NCBI GenBank assembly: GCA_038496445.1
Contig: JALMLS010000120.1
Location: 1-64,000 of the forward strand
Direction of reading: 5' to 3'
Length of the DNA: 64,000 nt
DNA from: Trichosphaerium sp. ATCC 40318
Lineage: Eukaryota > Protista > Tubulinea
Part shown: positions 53,205 through 64,000 of the stretch, one piece after another
How positions within the stretch are numbered: the stretch's first letter is position 1
Layout: the number at the start of each line of letters is the position of its first letter
Translations under genes and position numbers: made by a program
The notes under the pieces: model-generated
Told to the model about the DNA's origin: nothing
Seen by the model: only the letters and a program-made list of their open reading frames with translations
Database searches by the model: none

Positions 53205-55528
53205 TTAATTTACAGTGTTGTTTAGTAATAGCTTGTTCGAATAGTATAGATTGATTGCAGTGTTATTTACGTTGATACCTGGGCACAGTGTAAAAATGTT
53301 GAAGGTTCTTTGGCAGGTTTTTTCCTTTTTTTTTTTCTACAAGAAAATCGTTAGAGCATGCTTGAAACTAATACAAAGAGTTTCTCAAGTAGTTCACAAT
53401 TCAAATATACTACCACTTATAGTATTCCCCAACATAAATTTGTCTAGAAAACTATACAGGACAATGTTGCTGACAGGAAAGCTGTCTAACAAGCCAATAC
53501 TTAAGGTGGCCAACTTGACTTATGTACGTTGTTTTCATACCTTGACTACTTATAATTAATGGTAACCCTTTCCTTCCTTTCATTACTATTGGATCACCTT
53601 TACCATCTACTTTTTTCTCAAATAGTATATCCTCAATGTTGCTATTGTTTAGGAGTATTTGATGGAACAGTTTGTAAAAGGCAATATCCAGCTTGATCCA
53701 TCCTGTATTGTCCATGTTTATTATCACTTTTCTGATATTCTTGGAATCATAAAGGGCCATATATACTATAAAGGGTCCAGGATTCATCGAGCTATTACCA
53801 CCAATGTGTAACACCTGAGTATCTGTATTCTCATGGAACAAATAATCACAAAAGTTCTTGCTATTCTTCAAAAAAAAGTAAGGTTGTCAAAATCTGGTAA
53901 CACGTCGCTAATACTCCAATATTAAATCGTACCAATACTAATCCTTTGATATTATTTTTACCATAGAAACTAAATTTATCTATTCGGGAAGCTGTTTGTA
54001 TTGCAGCATGATGATAAACCATAAACCTTAACAAGAAAAAAGTGAGAAAAAAATACATCTGAAGTCAAAACTCGATATCCGCTGGGGTACTTACGAGTTA
54101 ATTTTTTGAATATAGCGGTAGGCTCTCAACGCTGCTATATTTTTTGCCTCTCTTTTTTGTGTTGCCCAACCCTTGCGTACAATAGTTTTTACTTTTGTAG
54201 CGCACGTGATCTAAACAAACGCGGTTTTTTTTTTTGACTACTGATGATTGTTCTGTACCTTAGCTTTCCATAACTGTGGTCCTATTTGCTCTGAATCAAA
54301 TGTATAATTGTCAGATGCTTTCTTCCAAAACCTTGGAACTTATAAAGGGTCAATGCGTTAAAAAATAAGATAGATATTGAACAAACTTGTTACAAGCGAA
54401 AATATTAGAACCTTGGTACAGTGTATGCAACGCTTGAATTGGGTTTTTCCTTTCATCGCATCCCTTCAATATAAAGCAGTACATAGCCTGCCGATTTTTG
54501 AAGTTAGTTGTGTTATTTATCCTTTCTTAAATAGTGAACAAAACGCACGTGAGTTTTCCAATTTTTGTTGCTTAAGTTTTTTTTGTCAGCAAAATCTCTT
54601 TGTGATACCTCTTGCCACAGGTGCTAAACAAACGTTACCTTCTAGGAAATTACATCACAAATATAATGGTCATTTACCTCGGTGTCTATGACCATGTGTA
54701 GTTTCCTACTGGTCATAGAAAGTGAAACAATAGACGTAATGTCCATGTGTGGAACAATATAGAATTGCCACGTTTCTATCGGCATCTTCTCTGTTGTTGA
54801 TAGTCCAATCCACGCTTCTTCTTCCTTCTTGACCTCCAGATCTAAGAGGTGATCAAGTGCTAACTTGGCAAGCAAATGTTCGCAAATTTTTTTGGTTGAA
54901 GCTGCTTGATTTGATTTGATAACAACGTCATTAAACAAGGTAACTGTGGAGCAAAGACATTAGTTACAGATGAACCACGATTAAACACTAAGGCATCAAC
55001 AAGCTACAACAGCACGTACTTTGTCCTGTAAACGGAGATGAGCCAGAACAAGTGTATTGTGGAAGAGGTTGTTTAAGTTTCTGAAGGTATTCATTGAGTT
55101 TGCCTTTGTGGTTATCTGTACACGTGCTGACAAGTACAGGTTCTTCTAAAATACGTTCAGTTAATGTTTTACTCCTTCCTTCCTCATTTTCTGCAAAATT
55201 AGACGCATTTGACGGTATTTCAGAGGTGCAGAGGTGTTTTTCGCTAGAATCGTGGTTTTCCTCCTTTTTATCATTCTCTTTGCTCTGTAGCGAGGCCAGC
55301 GCTGTTTTGGCCGCGTTGTGTTCTGATTCTTTTTTCTTTGCTTTCGGATCACTCTCATACGTAGTCTCATTCACTTTTACAGTTGCCTATACTACAATAA
55401 ACCCATTGGAACGTTTTTCCTAAACGTACAATCCAAAGATCGTCTGTGCGTCTCTGAGCGGAATAAACTGGAAGTGGTACACCACAACGCTGGCAATGCT
55501 CTTGTAGTTTACTTTTCCAGGTCGCCAT
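53205..55528 (-). CDS. dsRBD-dsRBD-F-box-dsRBD-LRR-like protein, multi-exon; 3' end approximate
   Basis: WKSKLQEHCQ..PLPVY..KKKESEHNAAKTAL; HKGKLNEYLQK..PLPQY..TKKICEHLLAKLAL; MPIETWQFYIVPHMDITSIVSLSMTSRKL; NPIQALHTLYQ..GWATQKREAKNIAALRA. Confidence 0.78.
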
Positions 55529-55651
55529 AACGCCCTGTTATCCTTTTAGCCTCAGCTAGGAACATATATTCAAGTCAAGGTTGTTCTTTCAACCATATTT
55601 TGTTCCAAACAGAAATAACTGATAATCTCTGTTGTTTATACATTGTTTATT

Positions 55652-58600
55652 TTAATGTTTATAATGATTATAAAGTTTTACACCAACGTATGCTCCAAGT
55701 GATAATACAATAATAAGACTAAGATAGAAAACGTTAGAAGAGAAAAAAACTTATCAAAGCTGAAGTAAAAAAAAACAACAATATTTAACAAACACGTGCC
55801 CAATTATTATTGCTGCTATGAGCACACGATCAATTGTAGATTCTTTTCCTGGGATTTCAGGAGTTCCATTTACATCAAGAAGAAGCCTTCCCATACTATG
55901 ATTACCATCTATAACTGCTGAATTCTCGAATTCTAAAATTAAAGTAAAAATCAGTTTAAAAAATTCCATTGTTACGCACTCCACTCGGCCCAAAGGCGTC
56001 CGCCAACCAAGTATTTAGATACATCTAGCTTATTAACTTGTAGTCTAAAACCAATACTTTCATTTCCCACCATTTGTGGTATTGTAAGTGTCTGTTTAAT
56101 AGAGCCCTAAACTCAATTAGAAACGAAGGAAAAAATACTGTACATACCCCAATGTCAGATAGAGCGTTAAAATTAAAAACTTTCAACATCAAGTTCCATG
56201 GATATGTAGTCACATTTGTGACGGAAAACTAGTGCAAGAAAGGTAAGTAACAAACAAAAAAAACATATCTGCCAAATTTTCTTTGAAAATAAGAAAGAAA
56301 TGAGAATTTAAGTTTTTATCAACACTGTTTACCTTACTATCAACAACATCATAATGGAACATTGATTCGTTAACATTACTTCTACCTTTAATTTTAGGTA
56401 AATGACAGTTCACCTTGACCTCAAAATCAAGTACTGCGTCCTAAGCATCAAAAGCGTTAAAACACAATTTTTGGTATTTCAAAAAAAAAAAAGAACACTG
56501 CGTACCATGTCACATTCCAAGTCTGCTTTATCCCCATCAAGATGTATTTTATATTCTTCCAAGTATTCAAGTTCTCTAGAATCATGACACTCTATATACA
56601 AAGTAAGAGAGGCCACAAATCAGAGCAACGTGGTAAAAAGTCAGTTTTCATCCTAAAACTTACGTTTGTGCTGACTTGAAGTGACTGTTAAGCCACATGA
56701 AAACTGTCTAGGCTTCTTACACTTGGAACCTTCCTAATAAATCTATCAGTACCGTAAAAAATGTTTAAACCAGTAGGTGGCTGGCAGGTGAGTTGCCGTA
56801 CGTAATCAATTGGACAAATACAACCCTCGCGTGTTTGTGTTTGATAGCAAAAGGCTAAACAGTCACTGGTATGCTTCTGCCATACGCATTGGACACCACT
56901 ACGTCATCTGTATAAGAAAAAAGCCACGAGTAAATAAAACAATACCCTTTACAACCCAAATCAATCGTCGTGCAAGATGTATTCAGTATACTTTGGCCAA
57001 CACAAACAATCTACAAATAAAATATAAACATTGCAACACAATAAAACAAACGCTTCTGTACCTGAGATATTGCACAACCTTCTGGAATAGTTGGTGTAGT
57101 GAAAGGAACAAACGTATTTCCACATTGAAGCTAAAAAATATAAGCACGTAGAGATAACCTGTTACGCACTTGTGCAACTCTACAAAGCGTTCCATTATCA
57201 CCAATACGTATCGAATTATCTTGGCATATGACCTAAAAAGGGTTTAACACAAGTTGCTAAAAAACAAAGCTAAAATACCTCTTGAATGTTCCAACAAGAC
57301 GCAAGAGATTGGTTGAACTTATCAGCGTCTATACCACGATTAAGACCACAATCAATCTCAAGAAATATTAGTAATCAGTAACCTAACCCTACAAGTTTGT
57401 ACAGTCTTAAGCCTACAATCATTAGGCTTGCCAGCTTCGCAAGCAATTGTTTTATCCTACATAGAACGTAAACTTTTTCATGTTCTCCAATGTTGGCTTC
57501 AAACGAACGCACTTGTATCTCTGTACACCCAAGTAAGTTACCTTGGTCATTCGTCTTTGGACATTCTTTCTAATACAAAGTTTACAAACCAACACTCATA
57601 CTACAAAAAGCAAGAGTACCTTGTACCAAGTACATTGTTCATCAACATGAAGTTCTGGACAAGGCTTATCTCGAGTAACACAATCACTGCTGTCAGGTAC
57701 TTGGTCCTTTTCTACTACTTTGCCATCGCATACCATCTAATCAAATAAGCACTTGTAGGTATATAATTTTGAAGCACCTCTTGTGTACTACACCTATACT
57801 CCCATGCTTGATAACCAAATATTGTAAAATTATTATTACACCGGACTTGAGCAAAGCAACTATTGTTTGTATTGAAAACTATCTCTTTGAACCTTGTGGG
57901 ATCTGATACTTCTTCAATACCACAAAAAAACTAGGATTTGTTACAAATGACCGAAGGAGAAAGTCTCAGAATCGATTCTTTGACATTTGAACGGGTTTTT
58001 TTCCGTCAGAATTTCAGCGTACTTTTTCTATTTTACAATCATCTGTTGGGTATGTGTAATAAGACGTTAGGTCCTCAACACGCGTAAAGCAGTCTAAAGA
58101 GAGAACGGTACACTCGTCCAAATTAATATCGGCGATGTCGCTCTCTGTTCTATTTGTTACGTTTACCGTTACGCCGTTACAATCAAAGGCGTAAACAGTG
58201 CACCATTTGCCTGTACATTTGTCTACCTACATAAAAATGAATCTTTACCGTGTAAATGGCGTCAAGAAGGCGCGAATGTATAAAATTAGGCGTAATTGAA
58301 CATTTGGGAAAATAACACCTATTCTACGTACTTTGGAGGTGACATTTCCAATAATACCAATGCCATTACAAGGTTCTTCAACCTCAGTCGCGTTTTCCGC
58401 CGGTAAATCTTCTAAAGATCGCTTCCGTCGCGTGGAAAGTGTTTTTGGGGAATATGGAGCAGGAAAAAACACTTTTCTGGCTGTTGTAATTGTGGCATGT
58501 AACGATTCTACCATAGGGTTCACCTTCTCAGCGTAGACATTGTTTATAGTGTCTGACGGCCACCCTGTCGTGAAATAATCCAACACCGTCTTAAATTCGC

Positions 58601-58676
58601 CTATATCTCTGACACTTGCGTTGGTAGGTACGATCAAAGCAACAAGCAGGCAGAATGTGAACGCTACCCAACGCAT
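55652..58676 (-). CDS. Cys-rich type I membrane protein with many short exons
   Basis: Signal MRWVAFTFCLLVALIVPTNA; RRKR furin-like site; Cys-rich exons; TM VLIAAIIIGLIIVLSLGAYVGV. Confidence 0.65.
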
Positions 58677-58903
58677 TGTTACCAAACGCGCGTTTTGCTA
58701 TTTGTTTTCACAACCAAAATGAGGCACAAAACTGCAGGCAAAAAAAAAACCGTTGTTCAACAATTTTCTTCCACCTCCGTATTTTTAGACATAGCGCACA
58801 GAACTATACTTGGGAGCCTCGGACTTTACCGTAGTACACCCCCTCTAGCTGTTGCGTCTAACCACGAATACACCGAAGAAATAACAACTCAATTTGTAAA
58901 ACA

Positions 58904-61131
<2,228 letters not shown>

Positions 61132-61590
61132 CCCTTCTCATGTGCTAATTTAGTTTCACTTTAAAAAATCTAAAAGAGAAAAAAAACCAAAAAAAAACCC
61201 ATAAAAACGATAACGTTACCTACCAAGAAAAAGGTTTCGGTTGTAATAAATTGTAAATTATCACTCAATAAATACCGTCATAAATTAGGACTAATAACTG
61301 CCTTTTCTGTGATGGTGCACTAAACGATCTTAATTTGCTTTTTGTAGGTAACTAAATTAATCTCATCACAACAATGCTTTGGTGCCTTTGTGGGCAGTAT
61401 GGATAGCAAAAGTAGGTGGCAACAGTTTCTAATGGTGTATTTGTAAGATGTGAATGAACTAGTCAGTGTTGGAGTACGCAGTAGAAAAGTATTAAACAGT
61501 TATTTAGACATATTGTAACTGAACGGGAAGAGAATAACAAAATGGTGTATTTATTTATTTAGATATTTAGTTGTGAAATACTCAGGCGGT

Positions 61591-62228
61591 TTATTCTGCT
61601 TTTGACTCAGAGCGTTTTTTCGACTTCGAATTATCAGTGCCGTTCTGTATCAAGCCTAATAATATTATGGCCGTTGAGCCAATCATCCCAATAGTAACAG
61701 GACCCAAAAGAAGAGTCTGAACGATCAACTCTTGAAGATCACTAAAGGGGAGATCAGACAAGGTTTTCTTGTATAAAATACGGGCCTAGCCGGCGTCTTA
61801 GATGGCGTAGAGTTCGGTAAGAGCTTGAAATTGGTACCAAAAACGGCACATAGCATATAAGCAACCACGTGTAGGTAGGTTCCTATGGAGAAAAGTAGTT
61901 GGAGTTTATTGTTTTAATGGGAAAAAAAAACTGATAAAAAAGTAAAGCCTAAAACGTGTCATTCACGTGTACCTGCCATGAGAAGCCATACCATTAAGTG
62001 GCGCATGGTTTTACCAAGGTTTAGGTAAGGTACCATTAAACCAACTACACATATCCAGGTGCCGTTTAGTACGGCCTCAATGTGACCACCAACGGCTGCC
62101 CTGTAGCTGTTGTAGAAACCGAAAGCAGCTCCAAGGCCTGTTATGGTCAATCCAAGGAAGAATAATAGAGCTCCCATGAAGAAGAGTCTTTTTTGGACTC
62201 TTAGAACGTCTGGTGATGGTGCTAGCAT
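61591..62228 (-). CDS. Four-TM protein of the styrene-oxide isomerase (StyC)/HpdD-like family
   Basis: GALLFFLGL..G and RAAVGGHIEAVLNG..VGLMVPYLNL motifs; two introns. Confidence 0.65.
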
Positions 62229-62406
62229 TGATGGTTATTGTGAATTGTTTGTATTAATTGGCAAACTTGATCATCATGTTTTAAGTCAGGAGCTTTCTTT
62301 TTCACAGAACTGAATCCTTTTCGCAATAAACCGACTTGAAGTGTAATAAAAATTTGATGATCTCAATAGTTTTCATATATTATGACAAATGACGTCACCA
62401 TGCTAA

Positions 62407-62900
62407 GTGTATGAAATTACAAACTTGATTTGCCAAAAAAGGGAAGCGAAAAATCAATGGTATGAGGACAGTAAGATGCGGAGACAATGTCATTGTGTAA
62501 ATAGCATCATTGAAGGCGAGGAACGTTTTTGGCATCCCAATGGTATGTTGGAAAGGTGTTGTAATTTTGTAAACCGTGTACTTCATGGAGAGTATAAATG
62601 ATGGAGTGACAGTGGAAAATTAGTCTTACACTGTAATTATACTATGCGGAGAATATGGCACCACAACGTACAGCTGTGGAAGCAAGAAAATGTCACGAAT
62701 TGCAAACTTGAAGGAGTAAAAAAAATGGTTCAATAATGGATAATTGCATGTGAGTTTTAATTATATGGCATGGCTGATGGAGAGTATAAAGAATTGTATA
62801 AAAGTGGTCAATTAAGAGCACATAGCTACTTCATCAATAATAAACAAGAAGGAGTGTTCCAGAAATGGCATGACAATGACAGGTTGTAGGAGCAATCAAA
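62407..62900 (+). pseudogene. Degraded MORN-variant (YwqK-like) repeat gene
   Basis: FWHPNG, LHGEYK*W and DGEYKELYKSGQL repeats broken by stops and frameshifts. Confidence 0.7.
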
Positions 62901-63478
62901 TTATCAACGGAGAGCTTACCAGGTACAGTAAAGGCTACGGAGGAACAGTCTAATTAAGGTAACTGTGAACTAGAAGGAGAACAATAAGTTTGTTTTGCCA
63001 TTACATATTATGGGATAAACTTTGTTGGAACAACAGACAAGTTTCCAACTATTAACGCAAAAAATAAAACAGTTTTGGAATGTTGATACTAAAATTAGTC
63101 CTGAGATATTTTTGTTCAGAGCAACAAAGTTGAGGCTTGTTTACAATATAATTCTGCACCATAAACTTGCTGACATGATACATACGAAACCCTTCACAAG
63201 TCAGAACTCATTGCCTAAAACAGTAGAAAACGCAAACTGGCAAAATTACAGTATCGTCCTTATTCACAGTATATGCTCGAGTGAAGGAGTAGAAGTTTAC
63301 AGGAGTACCGCAGCATATCCTTTATCATGTCAAGAGACCTTGATGTGAACTATTTTATCCGGACTCCGTGAATAACCAGCTGTTTTGGGAAGAAAAATTA
63401 TCGACTTAAATTGGCGTTAAGCCACTTACAATTGTGTTAGTTGTTACGCACAATTATCACGTCGTCGCTGTATTTTTC

Positions 63479-64000
63479 ATGGAAGAAACGACTATTGCGT
63501 CAGAACCTCATTCTGAAACGAAAATTACAATTTCGGTTAAACAGCCTCAAATCATCATAACAGCGTTACCGAGCGATGTACAAAGGTTAATATGTACTCT
63601 GGACTCTGAAATATTCATGAAATACCACCTCCTATCCAAACAAGCGGCGATTAGAACTCACTTCAATAGCGCTCTTGAGAAGGACGGTTTATGGATATCT
63701 TGGTACCCAACAGGCGAAATAAGACAACACTGGCGTAGAGACGGTACTTGTAAGCGCTGGTACAAGAATGGGAACATACAATTCGAACATTCCCAGCGAA
63801 ACGGTAAATCCAACGGTATTTTCAAGTTATTCAGAGAAAGTGGAAGTCTCGCCATAGAGGTTGAAATGAAGGATGGTTTACAGGATGGTATGTTAAAAGA
63901 GTATTACGGAGACTTTCCAAGGAGGTTGGCAAGACCTTTGGGAAGATTAAACGAGAGAGAACAAGAAAAAACACCGGAAGATCCAAACGGAAGACTCAGG
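63479..64000 (+). CDS. Intronless F-box-like plus MORN-variant repeat protein, running off the window end
   Basis: Open frame from ATG 63479: TALPSDVQRLIC, then DGLWISWYPTG, DGTCKRWYKNG, NGIFKLFRESG and DGMLKEYY. Confidence 0.75.
   Translation, partial: MEETTIASEPHSETKITISVKQPQIIITALPSDVQRLICTLDSEIFMKYHLLSKQAAIRTHFNSALEKDGLWISWYPTGEIRQHWRRDGTCKRWYKNGNIQFEHSQRNGKSNGIFKLFRESGSLAIEVEMKDGLQDGMLKEYYGDFPRRLARPLGRLNEREQEKTPEDPNGRLR

Noticed and set aside
61282-61300. AAATTAGGACTAATAACTG resembling the piggyBac end motif
   Set aside because: Single short match with no TTAA terminus or partner end

Overview
Eukaryotic, AT-rich, intron-dense genomic window (introns mostly ~35-150 nt). The gene set (myristoylated PH-less Akt-like kinase, TKL kinase, several Ras/Rho GTPases) suggests an amoeboid protist, but that is inference. 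The left 13 kb is a transposon nest. It holds a young Ty3/gypsy element (identical 124-bp LTRs, CAAC TSD) whose single gag-pol ORF is split by a 1031-bp TIR element carrying TTAGGG repeats, and a frameshifted piggyBac whose transposase has PHD and SAP domains inside the catalytic core. The remainder has housekeeping genes (NOP53, TRM7, aldo-keto reductase, tandem NDK, kinases), surface proteins, bacterial-type enzymes and about 8 F-box genes. The best candidate for an undescribed system is a set of F-box proteins fused to catalytically altered G proteins: F-box-Ras, F-box-Rho/Rac with G12V/Q61G-type changes, and an adjacent G-gamma-like/F-box/pseudo-G-alpha fusion. There is also a dsRBD-dsRBD-F-box-dsRBD protein next to a 184-bp hairpin. 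All exon structures were assembled by eye and need RNA-seq/HMM confirmation.
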